Of a stretch of 64,000 nt of DNA, positions 19,563 to 28,862 are shown piece by piece; the stretch's first letter is position 1; the number at the start of each line of letters is the position of its first letter. The stretch is taken from the NCBI GenBank assembly GCA_965217175.1, contig OZ244251.1, forward strand, positions 2,992,682 to 3,056,681, given 5' to 3'. The DNA is from Dehalococcoidia bacterium. Lineage in GTDB: Bacteria; Chloroflexota; Dehalococcoidia; Lucifugimonadales; UBA3495. The position numbers were made by a program, and so were the translations under genes. The notes under the pieces are model-generated. The model searched no databases and was not told where the DNA came from. It was given only the letters and a program-made list of their open reading frames with translations.

Positions 19563-20321
19563 TCAGCGGGCGGCTGTCGCAGGTTGATGCGCCTTGAGGA
19601 AATCGCGCACCTGGTTTATGGTCTGGGCCTTCAGGTCTGGGGACTCTTTCCACGGATACGCCGTCACCTCAGCGTTGGGCGCCAATTCCACCAGTTCCAT
19701 GGCGGCCTCGAGTGAGTGCGATGGAGTATCGTCGGGCATGACCAGCATCGGAGTCTGGCATGATCGAGCGAAGTCTCGGGACACGCAGTACACGAAGTTC
19801 GGCTGGACGCGGTAAAGGTTGTGCAGGTACTGATCCACGATCTCCATTGTTACGTCGGGCCGGAGCGAGCATAGCTCGGGTCCCCAGATATCATGGCCGG
19901 AGTCATACATGGAATCCGGTGTTCGGGTTGCGTGCCCAACTGGCTGGCAGAGTACGGCAGCCAGGACGCGCTCGGGGGCACGTTCAATGAGCTTGAGGGC
20001 AAAGGGGCCACCGATGCAGTAGCCCATGAAGAAGAACTCCTGTATGCCGAGGTGGTCCATCAGCCCCAGTTGGTCGTCTGCGAAGGCTCCCCACGGGTCG
20101 TTGACCTGGACCGGCCCGGTGGACTCTCCGCCGATAGCGTTGCGCTGGTCCATCGTAATGCAGCGAAAGTCGTTCTTGAACTCCTCCATCGCGTTGAATA
20201 CCTGACCGGGCCAATTGCTGGCCAGGGAGCTCAAGCCCCCGCCGGGAGTGAGGAGAATCGGGAAACCGGATCCCGTCTCCTCATATCGGATGCGGACATC
20301 GCCATTGGTATAAAAAGGCAT
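19563..20321 (-). CDS. alpha/beta-fold hydrolase
   Basis: 252-aa ORF with a nucleophile-elbow-like FFMGYCIGG and a typical N-terminus (VRIRYEETGSGFPILLTPGG). Confidence 0.8.
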   Translation of the reverse strand: MPFYTNGDVRIRYEETGSGFPILLTPGGGLSSLASNWPGQVFNAMEEFKNDFRCITMDQRNAIGGESTGPVQVNDPWGAFADDQLGLMDHLGIQEFFFMGYCIGGPFALKLIERAPERVLAAVLCQPVGHATRTPDSMYDSGHDIWGPELCSLRPDVTMEIVDQYLHNLYRVQPNFVYCVSRDFARSCQTPMLVMPDDTPSHSLEAAMELVELAPNAEVTAYPWKESPDLKAQTINQVRDFLKAHQPATAAR

Positions 20322-20437
20322 TGCAGTTTCTCCTTACTCGGCCACAGCACCGGGTTTGTACGGCGATTGTAACTTGGGAGACCTGGTTGTCAAGGGAGTG
20401 GTCGTGGGATGAACCTGTCTGGTGAGACCGGCTCCCG

Positions 20438-20872
20438 TTACGTTGGCTCCGCAAGGAACACCGGAATCCTCCGAGCCGTCCGGCCCTGATACTCTTCGTA
20501 GGGCGGGAACGCCGCCACGGCAAGCGCCCACAACCGCTCCCGCTCCTCCCCTTCCGCGATTTCGCGGACTCGCATGGTGTACACGTCAGCCTCGTCCCGA
20601 ATCTCCGCGTCGCCGTCCGCACGAAGGTTATACACCCACACCGGGTTTTTGGGCGCACCGCCCCGCGAGCCCACCAGCACGTAGTTGTTGCCATCCTTCA
20701 CGCGCATCAGCGGCGTCTTGCGTATTGCCCCGGTTCGATTGCCACGGTTGGTTACGATGATGACTGGCAAACCGGTATCACGCAGAGTAGTTCCATCTGC
20801 GCCTCCGGAGCCCTCGTAAAGTGCCACCTGCTCACGTACCCAATCGGCGGTTGACGGTATGTATTCGGCCAT
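20438..20872 (-). CDS. deazaflavin (F420)-dependent nitroreductase family protein (Ddn/PNPOx-like)
   Basis: 144 aa. RTGAIRKTPLMRVKDGNNYVLVGSRGGAPKNPVWVYNL is typical of this family. Confidence 0.85.
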   Translation of the reverse strand: MAEYIPSTADWVREQVALYEGSGGADGTTLRDTGLPVIIVTNRGNRTGAIRKTPLMRVKDGNNYVLVGSRGGAPKNPVWVYNLRADGDAEIRDEADVYTMRVREIAEGEERERLWALAVAAFPPYEEYQGRTARRIPVFLAEPT

Positions 20873-21284
20873 AGTTCGCTCCTTCCTCCTGATTGCCTCG
20901 TCATCATATCTTTAATCGCTGCCGTACTCTACTCCTGTACGCCATCCCCGGGACGGAACCTTCATTCGTCCCAGCTTGAAATCCGGTGCGGGAGAGGAAC
21001 GGATTGACGCCGGATTCAGTCAACGCGGAGACGACGGGTGCTGCGGCGAATCCACGGGTCGCCACGGCCATCATCAATGCGGTTACACAGCGCTTCGGAT
21101 GAAACCTGTATTTCTCACGTTTTTGGGCGGCGTCTCATTCGCACCAGTCCGGATGCCGGGCTTGACGGACTGGAGGTTCTGCAAAGCTGGGGTATCGGCG
21201 GTTGGCGGGAGGATGACTGCACGCGAGGAATCCCATCTGTTAGAATGCCGCAAAACTGGAAACAACAACCAGAGGTTCAATAAC

Positions 21285-21464
21285 ATGAAGCCCGGTGACT
21301 CTGTCGAACACATACTCGAAGAATTGAGGGAACGAGCCGTCGCCGAGTTCGGAGAACGGCGTGCCGCCGAGTTACAGGATTTCCTGGAACAGACGGCCTG
21401 TCAAATTTGGGAAATCGACCAGGTTTCGGTGCATGTGGACCTGGAACCAGGCTTTTATCAATAG
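21285..21464 (+). CDS. small amidase-associated protein (GatC/AtzG-like, tentative)
   Basis: 59 aa. ATG at 21285 with AGAGG upstream; ends 27 nt before the amidase start. The C-terminal ...HVDLEPGFYQ resembles GatC/AtzG-type tails. Weak. Confidence 0.4.
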   Translation: MKPGDSVEHILEELRERAVAEFGERRAAELQDFLEQTACQIWEIDQVSVHVDLEPGFYQ

Positions 21465-21490
21465 ACCGCCAATGGATTGTGAGGACGACG

Positions 21491-22849
21491 ATGCCGGAAC
21501 CTTACGAACTCACCGCCTCCCAGGCCGCCGCGCAGATACGGCAGGGCACGCTCTCCCCGGTAACACTGTGCCAGTCGTTGCTCGACCGGATCGACCGTTT
21601 CGACGGCGACATTCGCGCCTGGGTTACCATCGACCGGGAGGAAGTGCTGGAGACGGCCCGCCGCCGGGAGACCGAGGTGGAACGTGGTGATCCCCTGGGG
21701 CCACTCCACGGTGTTCCGGTGGGGCTCAAGGATATTTTCAACACCGACGGGATGCTGACCACCGCCGGTTCCAGGATCTACGCTGAATTCGTACCGGACT
21801 ATGACGCCACGTCGGTGGCCAGGATACGCCGGGCCGGCGGGATCATCCTGGGCAAGGCGGTTACCACCGAGTTTGCCACCTCCGATCCATCGCCGACCCG
21901 CAATCCGTGGAACCTTGAGCACACCCCGGGCGGTTCCAGCAGCGGCTCTTCGGCGGCCGTGGCCGCCCGCATGGTGCCCGCCGCCACCGGGTCGCAAACT
22001 GGCGGCTCCACCTGCCGACCCGCCGGTTACAACGGTATCGTGGGCCTGAAGCCGACCTACGGGCGCATCAGCCGATACGGCGTCGTTCCGGTCAGTTGGT
22101 CGTTGGACCATGTTGGCATCCTGGTGCGCAGCGTGGCCGACGCCGCCCTGATGCTTACCGCGATGAGCGGCTTTGATCCTAACGATCCGGGATCACTGGA
22201 CCTGCCCGTTCCTGACTTCACCCGACAGATGGCCCAACATAATCATCCGCCGCGGATCGGTCTGGTGCGTGAATACTTTGCCGAGACCGCAACCGCCGAG
22301 GTATGGGCGCATACTGAGCAGGTTGCCCAACGGTTAGCTGATGCGGGAGCGGAAGTGGTGGAGTTGTCGCTTCCCGACACTTTTGCCTCGTGCCACAGCG
22401 CCCAGCGCCTCGTTATGCACGTGGAATGCGCTGCCTTCCATGAGCGATTCTACCGGGAAAGGGCCGACGAATATGGTCCACGCGTCCGCTCCGCCATCGA
22501 AATGGGCTTGATAATGCCGGCTTCCAAGTACCTCCAGGCGCAGCGGCTTCGACGTCAGTTCCGCGACGACATGGTGGACATGGTGAGGCAGGTCGATGTC
22601 GTCATGACGCCGGCCACCGTTTCACCCGCGCCCAAGGACCTCAACACCACCGGCGACGCAGCCTTCCAGGTTCCCTGGACCTCCAGCGGTTTGCCCACGG
22701 TTGTCGTGCCGTCCGGGCTTAGCGAGCTGGGTTTGCCCATGGCCGTCCAGTTTGGGGGCCTGCCCTACGAAGAAGGCAAGTTGTTGGGCGCGGCGCAATG
22801 GTGCGAGCAAGCGTTGGGAGTGTCCCTCTGTCCACCAGGGTTTGATTAG
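21491..22849 (+). CDS. amidase (amidase-signature family), paralog 2
   Basis: ATG at 21491 after GAGGA. AS motif GGSSSGSSAAVAARMVPAATGSQTGGSTCRPA. Confidence 0.9.
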   Translation: MPEPYELTASQAAAQIRQGTLSPVTLCQSLLDRIDRFDGDIRAWVTIDREEVLETARRRETEVERGDPLGPLHGVPVGLKDIFNTDGMLTTAGSRIYAEFVPDYDATSVARIRRAGGIILGKAVTTEFATSDPSPTRNPWNLEHTPGGSSSGSSAAVAARMVPAATGSQTGGSTCRPAGYNGIVGLKPTYGRISRYGVVPVSWSLDHVGILVRSVADAALMLTAMSGFDPNDPGSLDLPVPDFTRQMAQHNHPPRIGLVREYFAETATAEVWAHTEQVAQRLADAGAEVVELSLPDTFASCHSAQRLVMHVECAAFHERFYRERADEYGPRVRSAIEMGLIMPASKYLQAQRLRRQFRDDMVDMVRQVDVVMTPATVSPAPKDLNTTGDAAFQVPWTSSGLPTVVVPSGLSELGLPMAVQFGGLPYEEGKLLGAAQWCEQALGVSLCPPGFD

Positions 22850-23234
22850 ACCCCAACAGCGCAAACTGCATTAGTAGCATCCAACCTGGCGACTTCCTCG
22901 TCTACCATCCGGTCGCTTTGCAAAATTCGAGCCTGTTGATCACCGACTGGCAGGCACCGGCGGAGAGTCTCTGGGTCCGACAGCCCAACTACCGTCGCCG
23001 TGCCTGGGTATATCACCCCGCAACCGGGGAGCGCCAGTGGGCTGTGTAGGGCTCGGATTGCCACCGCTGGCTTTCGTCGGTCGCGGTCCCGGATCGTTCA
23101 CCTGGATGTCTATGAATCGGCGGGTTATGCAGGCTATGACGTCGGGCAGACCGGTATTGAAGCATGGAATCGGTCCGCCAATAGTGCGGCGGGTCGATTC
23201 CTGCGTTGGGCCGCCGGAGCTGTGGATGGGATGG

Positions 23235-23248
23235 TGCCGAAGGTCAGA
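23235..23248 (-). repeat. distal att-like direct repeat (copy of tRNA-Leu 3' end)
   Basis: Exact 14-nt match to 40816-40829; partial match continues (xTCxA). Lies 138 nt outside the integrase stop. Confidence 0.65.
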
Positions 23249-23355
23249 CTCAACTTCAGTGACTGCATTAGCCTGCATTGAGCGGCACGGACGGCAGTTC
23301 CAAGTGAGGCAAATGGCATTAGGCGGAATAGGGCTGCATTGAGTTGCAACAACGA

Positions 23356-23384
23356 TTGTGCCAAAGTTGTGCCAATTGTGCCAA
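23356..23384 (+). repeat. three direct TTGTGCCAA repeats (candidate arm-type recombinase sites)
   Basis: Copies at 23356-64, 23367-75 and 23376-84, immediately downstream of the integrase stop and inside the att-proximal arm. Confidence 0.4.
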
Positions 23385-23385
23385 A

Positions 23386-24539
23386 TCAGGCTACCCCCGT
23401 ATCAACAACGATCTCCGGCGCCGGCGCCAGAGCACGCTCAAAATCCTCAGCGGCCTGCCGCTGCCAGCCCGGTAGACTATGAGCGTAGATGTCGCTGGTG
23501 ATGCTGACGTTGGAGTGCCCCAACCGCTTGCTCACGATCACGATTTCGTGCCCTGCTGCAACGCGACCGAGGCGTGAAAATGGCGTAGGCTGCGTATTGT
23601 GAGGTTGGGTTGACCTACCCGGCGTCCGAGCGTTTGCACCGCGCGGGTCACCTTCATCGGGTTCAGCCACCCGCCCAGCCCATCGCAGAATACAAGTTCG
23701 TTGTTCTGGTACGCGGGCCCGAGTTCCTCCAGCATCCGCAGCTGGTCCTCCCGATGCCGGCGTAGTACCTGCACGGTTTATGGTCCCAGGTCGATCTTTC
23801 TCTCCCCGGCAGCGGTCTTGGGCGGCGATATCGTGAGCCCAATTAACCGTCGGCCCAACGACGCTCGCACAACCAGGTCGCCGTAGTCTAGGTTTAAGTC
23901 GGCCCAAGTGAGTGCTAGCGCCTCTCCCCGACGCATCCCGGTGTAGGCCAACAGGTGGATGCAGGCGAACAGCGGATGTCCCTCGGCCTCTGCGATCCCC
24001 AACACCTCGGTGACCGCCTCGATTGGCGGTGCGACCGCCTCGGTTTTCCGAACGGTGGGGGCCGATACCAGAGCCACCGGATTTCGGCCGATCAATTCTA
24101 ACCGCATGGCCTGGCGATATGCTCCGGACAGGACGTTGTGTACCATCCCCACGGTCTTGGGGCCCAACCCCTCGGCCAACAGCTGCGTCTCCACCGACTG
24201 AACTTGGAGGGGTGTGAGTTTTGCCAGTTCGAGCTCGCCCAGTTTAGGTTTGAGGGTGCGGCGAATGATGCCCTCGTAGCGTTCCCGGGTGGCCTGACTG
24301 CGGTTGGGAATGATGTGGTCGGCCATCCATCGGTCGAGCCAGTCTTTGAGTAGGATGCGCTCGGGAGGCGTGATGCCCCGGTCAAGCTCGACGAGGATCT
24401 CTCGAAGGCGACGCTGAGCTTGGGCCTTTGTGCCCCGCACCGTTACCCACTTGCGCCGGGGTTTGCCTTGGTCGTCTCGACCGAGGTAGATGTTGAGCTC
24501 CCAGGTGCCGGGGCTGCGTTGTCTGATGCCGCCTTTCAT
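23386..24539 (-). pseudogene. tyrosine integrase, inactivated (in-frame TAA plus one frameshift)
   Basis: N-part MKGGIRQRSPGTWELNIYLGRD... to 23778. An in-frame TAA (23778-23780) is followed in the same frame by TVQVLRRHREDQ... A frameshift near 23545 precedes ...RLGHSNVSITSDIYAHSL (catalytic Tyr region). Confidence 0.85.
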
Positions 24540-24561
24540 ATTCTTCCAACCCTCTTGACAA

Positions 24562-24590
24562 TTCATAGTGTGTATTATACACACTATGAA
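24562..24590. promoter_or_regulatory. 29-bp perfect palindrome overlapping the hicA start; candidate operator, with TTGACA at 24555-24560
   Basis: TTCATAGTGTGTAT-T-ATACACACTATGAA read directly. It contains AT-rich -10-like hexamers and the hicA ATG (24586). Confidence 0.5.
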
Positions 24591-24674
24591 CAGCGGGGAT
24601 GTAATCCGCGGGTTATTGCGGGACGGATGGGAACGCAGGAACATTACTGGTAGCCACCACCATTTCACCCACCC
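24586..24674 (+). pseudogene. hicA: hicA toxin gene, 5' part (interrupted by IS21-family element)
   Basis: MNSGDVIRGLLRDGWERRNITGSHHHFTHP then the IS terminus. Joining it to 29573..29678 restores a 64-aa HicA ORF. Confidence 0.8.
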
Positions 24675-24757
24675 TGATAGACGACATTTAGTCCTGCCGG
24701 TAGTGTCGACTATTTTTGCCGGTCGATATGAGGTAATCATTCGGTACGGGGGTACCG

Positions 24758-26334
24758 TTGATTACAGACCGACAAGTCAGGCTACTGAGGCAGAGACGTA
24801 TGGAAGGAAAGACACAGGAAACGGCAGCGGCCAAGGCTGGGATGAGCGTGCGTTCGGCGCGGAAATGGCAGATTGGCCCATTGCCGTCGGCGACGAAACC
24901 GGAGCATCGGTGGCGCACTCGGCCCGACCCCTTCGACGGGGTGTGGGAGGATGAAATCGAGCCGCTGCTACGGGGCGATCCGACGGGCAAGCTGAAGGCA
25001 ACGACAATTATCGACTGCCCTTCGACAAGCTCAGGAGGAGGAGCAGCATCCCGGCCGGTTCAGCGCCGCCCAGCTGCGCACCCTGCAACGACGATTGCAG
25101 GCCCTTCGGCAGGGCTCAGGAGGAGGGCGCTGCACGGTCCGGACCAGGAGGTGTACTTCCCCCAGGAGCATCCGCCGGGCCGGGCGGCCCAGATTGACTT
25201 CACCCACGGTAACTCACTGAGCGTGACCATTGCTGGCCAGCCCTACCGGCATCTGCTGTTCCAGCTGATTCTCAGCCACTCGGGGTGGCGCTACGCGGAG
25301 ATCGCCGCCAGCGAGACCTTCCTGGCCTTGCAGCAGGGTCTGCAGAATGCCCCCTGGACCCTGGGCGGCGTTCCACAGATACTGCGCTCAGACAATACCT
25401 CGGCGGCCACCCACGAGGTGAAACGCAGCCGTGGCCGGGCCCTCAACGACAATTACGCCGGCCTGCTGGACCACTACGGCTCCGTTCCACCCGCATCAAT
25501 CTCGGCCAGTGCCACGAAAACGGCGTCGCTGAGCAGGCTCACTACCGGCTCAAGGACGCCATCGACCAGGCCCTCATCCTGCGGGGCAGCCGCGATTTCG
25601 ACACCGCCGGCGACTACGCCAGCTTCGTCCGGCAGATGGTGGAGAGACGCAATCGCCTGGTACAGGGGAAGTTGGAGCAGGAAATGCTTTGCCTGGGCTC
25701 CCTGCCGCCAGCTCCGGTGCCGGAATACGTCAACTACCAAGCCAGGGTGCGCAAGTGGAGCACCATCCAGGTAGCCAAGCGGACCTACAGCGTCCCCTCC
25801 CGTCTCATCGGGAATGAGGTGCAGATCCGTCTGTACGCCGACTGGGTGCAAGTGTACTACAAGGGCCACCTGGTGGAGCGGATGGACCGAGTGCATGGCG
25901 AGCGGGAAGCTCACGTCAATTACCGCCACGTCATCGGCTCGCTGGTGCGCAAGCCCGGAGCCTTTGCCCGCTACCGCTTCCGGGAGCAGCTGTTTCCCAC
26001 CAGGCACTTCAGGCTGGCCTACGACGCGCTGCGGCAGTGGCGCGGTGAGCGTGCCGACGTGGAGTACGTACGCATTCTGCACCTGGCGGCGACCACCATG
26101 GAAGCCACGGTATGGAAGCCACGGTATGGAAGCCACGGTATGGAAGCCACGGTGGACAGCGCCCTGTCGTTGCTGCTGGAGGCGGGTGAGCCCTTCGACT
26201 ACGCCGAGGTGCGGGACCTGGCCGAGCCCAAACCACCGGAAGCCCCGGTGCTGGTCTGGTCCGGCCAGCCAGACCTGAAAGTCTACGACCGCCTGCTCAC
26301 GGTCAGCCTGGCCGCGGCGGGGGTGTGCGCATGA
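24758..26334 (+). pseudogene. istA: IS21 transposase IstA, disrupted
   Basis: HTH N-terminus (GKTQETAAAKAGMSVRSARKW) and DDE core (AQIDFTH..., ILRSDNTSA...). 1-nt deletion near 25475, two ~20-nt insertions (25019-37, 25103-22) and a 42-bp tandem expansion. Confidence 0.85.
26098..26153 (+). repeat. perfect 14-bp tandem repeat x4 (ATGGAAGCCACGGT)
   Basis: Counted directly. The three extra units add 42 bp in frame (TMEATVWKPRYGSHGMEATVDS). Confidence 0.95.
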
Positions 26335-26462
26335 TGGACACCAGCGTCATGCAGGAACGCATCGGCCAACTGTGCGGTCAATTCAAGCTGCCCACGGTAG
26401 CTGCGAAGACGGTGGCTCGTTTCAGCGCCGCTGGCCACGGCGAGGCCCTGCCCACCTTCTTA
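26331..26462 (+). pseudogene. istB: IS21 helper ATPase IstB, 5' fragment
   Basis: ATGA overlap with the istA stop. MMDTSVMQERIGQLCGQFKLPTVAAKTVARFSAAGHGEALPTFL, then the IS701-like terminus. Confidence 0.8.
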
Positions 26463-26463
26463 G

Positions 26464-27885
26464 TACTACAGTCGCACATATGATGCCAGAAGTTTGAGGC
26501 GGCGTTGATAATGACAACGCTGGGCTCTGGCCTGATGTCGCCGTCTCCACCGAGACCAGGCCAACACCAAATCCACCGGGAGGGAGGGCGTCCAGACCAG
26601 CCGGCAGAGCAATCGGCGCACCTCGGGCACCGTCATCGGTATCAGCCCTTCCTCCCCTTCGAGGCAGCCCCCTTTTTACCCGATCCCCCCTGGGCCGCCT
26701 GATGCCGAGCCACCGCCAGAAAGGCCTGGGCCCAGCATGGCCAGGGTGATGTGCCGGTGCCAGCCGTCCCACTTGCGCACTTCATACTGGTCCAGCCCCA
26801 CCTGGCCTTTGGCCTCCTCAAAGCATTCCTCGATGGCCCAGCGGGCGCCAGCTATCCTCACCAGTTCCTCCAGGGTGGTTCCTTCGAGGCCAAAGCACAC
26901 GTAATAGGCCAACTCCCCTGGCTTGGTGATGCTGCGCCGGGCCAGCAGCCAGTAGCCTTTGCCCGGTTCCTTCAGGGGCCGTATCTCCACCCTGGCCCAA
27001 TCGTAAACCCTGGGACCCTTGGCGCCATCGCCCGCGCTGCGCCGTTGCCAATGCGATGCATCAACCAGCGCAGCTAACCGGTCCGCCCTCACCTGGCGGG
27101 GGCCCTTTCCCGGCCAGACCCACAGCTTCTCGTTGCTCTTGATGGCCAGCACGTGGGACATCCCTTTCTGCTCCAGCCACATCCGCAGGCGGCGGTCGCT
27201 GCCGTAGACCGCATCCCCAGTAACCCAGGCAAAGGGAACTCCCGCTTCCAGCGCCCGTTCCAGCATCTCCTGGGCTAACCGGGGCTTGGTCCGAAAGGAA
27301 ACATCTCCCGGAACTCCGGCCTCCTTCCTCCGCTCCCAGTCCTCAGCCCATACTTGAGGCAGATACAGTTCCCGGTCCAGCAGGGTTCTTCCCCTGGCGC
27401 CAGCGTAGGCCAGAAATACCCCGATCTGACAGTTTTCGATCCGCCCCGCCGTGCCGCTGTACTGCCGCTGCACTCCCACCGACTTCTCCCCTTTCTTGAG
27501 GAAGCCGGTCTCGTCCACCACCAGCACCCCCCCAACATCCCCCAGATGCTCCAGCACGTAGCTCCTGAGGTCATCTCGAACCAGGTCCGCATCCCAGCGA
27601 TAGGTGGACAGCAGGCGCTGCACCCCGTCAGGTGTGGCATCCCCCGCCTGCTCCGCCAGTTGCCACCCGTTCTTGCGCTCGACCGAGCTGACCAGTCCTC
27701 GCAAGTAGTCCAGTACCCGCCGGCGAGGCTCAGGGCGCCGGAACCGTCCGGCAATGCAGGAATGAACCTGCTCAATCCCTTCGGCCCAGCGGGCCACTTC
27801 CGCCAGTTCCTCTTCACGCCCCGTCACCGCCGCACCCCCTCACCGGATAATGGCCTATTTTACCCGCTAATATGCGACTGTAGTA
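26464..27885 (-). mobile_element. IS701-family-like insertion sequence (1422 bp)
   Basis: Inverted repeats TACTACAGTCGCA (13/13 identical at both ends). 4-bp target duplication TTAG (26460-63 and 27886-89). Confidence 0.8.
26676..27827 (-). CDS. IS701-family DDE transposase (C-terminus frameshifted)
   Basis: VVDETGFLKKGEKSVGVQRQYSGTAGRIENCQIGVFLAY. The conserved tail (AQAFLAV..., then LIPMTVPEVRRLLCRLVW...WSRWRRRHQARAQRCHYQRR) lies in two other frames down to ~26470. Confidence 0.8.
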   Translation of the reverse strand: MTGREEELAEVARWAEGIEQVHSCIAGRFRRPEPRRRVLDYLRGLVSSVERKNGWQLAEQAGDATPDGVQRLLSTYRWDADLVRDDLRSYVLEHLGDVGGVLVVDETGFLKKGEKSVGVQRQYSGTAGRIENCQIGVFLAYAGARGRTLLDRELYLPQVWAEDWERRKEAGVPGDVSFRTKPRLAQEMLERALEAGVPFAWVTGDAVYGSDRRLRMWLEQKGMSHVLAIKSNEKLWVWPGKGPRQVRADRLAALVDASHWQRRSAGDGAKGPRVYDWARVEIRPLKEPGKGYWLLARRSITKPGELAYYVCFGLEGTTLEELVRIAGARWAIEECFEEAKGQVGLDQYEVRKWDGWHRHITLAMLGPGLSGGGSASGGPGGIG

Positions 27886-27888
27886 TTA

Positions 27889-28859
27889 GAGCCTATCCTA
27901 AAAACTGATTGAAGATTGCAGGGGTGTTGCGGGAAGGAAAGCGGGGGTTGCGTCTAGACTGGGGCAATGACCAAAGCGAAAGACCCCAAGCCGCCACGTC
28001 CGAAGCGTGCTGGCCCAGCCACCAAGACCAATCCTACCACCGGCGCGTTCCAGATCTCCGACGAGCTCTGGGAGGTGCTGGCACCGTTGATCCCCCAGCA
28101 TGTGAACACCCATCGTTTCGGCGGCGGCCGGCCTCGGGTCCCTGACCGCACCTGCGCCAATGGCATCTTCTACGTGCTGCGCACTGGCTGCCAGTGGAAG
28201 GCGCTGGACGCCACGGGCATCTGCTCCGGGTCCACCGCCCACCTGCGCTTTCAGGAATGGGTTGCCGCTGGGGTGTTCCTGGAGCTGTGGCGGGTGGGAC
28301 TGGAACGCTATGACGAACTGAAGGGGCTGGACTGGAGTTGGCTGAGTATGGACGGCGCCATGACCAAATCGCCCTTGGGCGGGGGGAAAAACCGGCCCCA
28401 ACCCCACTGACCGCGGCAAAGGCGGGGTCAAGCGTAGCCTGTTGACCGAAGCCCAGGGCATTCCGGTGGGTCTGGCGGTGGACGGGGCCAACCGTCATGA
28501 CATGAAACTGGTGCGGGCCACGGTGGACAGCCTGCCCGTGCCGCGACCGGCGCCCAGTCCAGACCAACCCCAGGGTATGTGCCTGGATAAAGGCTACGAC
28601 TTTGACGAGGTGCGACGTACGTTGGACGAGTTTGGCTTCACCGCTCACATCCGCAGCCGGGGCGAGGAGGCCAAGGCCATCAAAAGAGAAGCTGGGTTCA
28701 AAGCCAGGCGCTGGGTGGTGGAACGCTCGCACAGCTGGCTGAACCGATTCCGGCGCATCCTGGTCCGCTGGGATAAGTCTCCCGACAACTACATCGCCTT
28801 CCTTCACTTCGCCTGCGCCCTCACCGCCCTCAGAGCTGCTGGATTATTAGGATAGGCTC
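27889..28859 (+). mobile_element. IS5-family insertion sequence (971 bp)
   Basis: Inverted repeats GAGCCTATCCTAA (13/13). 3-bp target duplication TTA (27886-88 and 28860-62). Inserted in istB. Confidence 0.85.
27967..28855 (+). CDS. IS5-family transposase, two frames joined at a G6A5 tract (orfB in +1 frame)
   Basis: orfA 27967..28410 (IFYVLRTGCQWKALD). The +1 frame from 28381-28391 reads GKTGPNPTDRGKGGVKRSLLTEAQGIP... through the DDE domain (track ORF 28442..28855). Confidence 0.8.
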
Positions 28860-28862
28860 TTA

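Noticed and set aside
20873-21284. Riboswitch (for example guanidine/ykkC type) in the 410-nt leader upstream of the small ORF plus amidase
   Set aside because: I could not find the conserved ykkC core blocks, or any other riboswitch consensus I know. Only generic GC-rich sequence.
25018-25122. Two ~20-nt repeats with a 65-nt spacer as a mini CRISPR array
   Set aside because: Only two units, no cas genes, repeats shorter than CRISPR repeats, and the spacer is simply conserved istA coding sequence.
25103-25122. The inserted motif CCTTCGGCA...CTCAG resembles the tRNA-Leu 3' end plus trailer (CCTTCGGCA-CTCAG)
   Set aside because: Only a 9-nt identity plus a pentamer, which is compatible with chance. 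No mechanism to link them.
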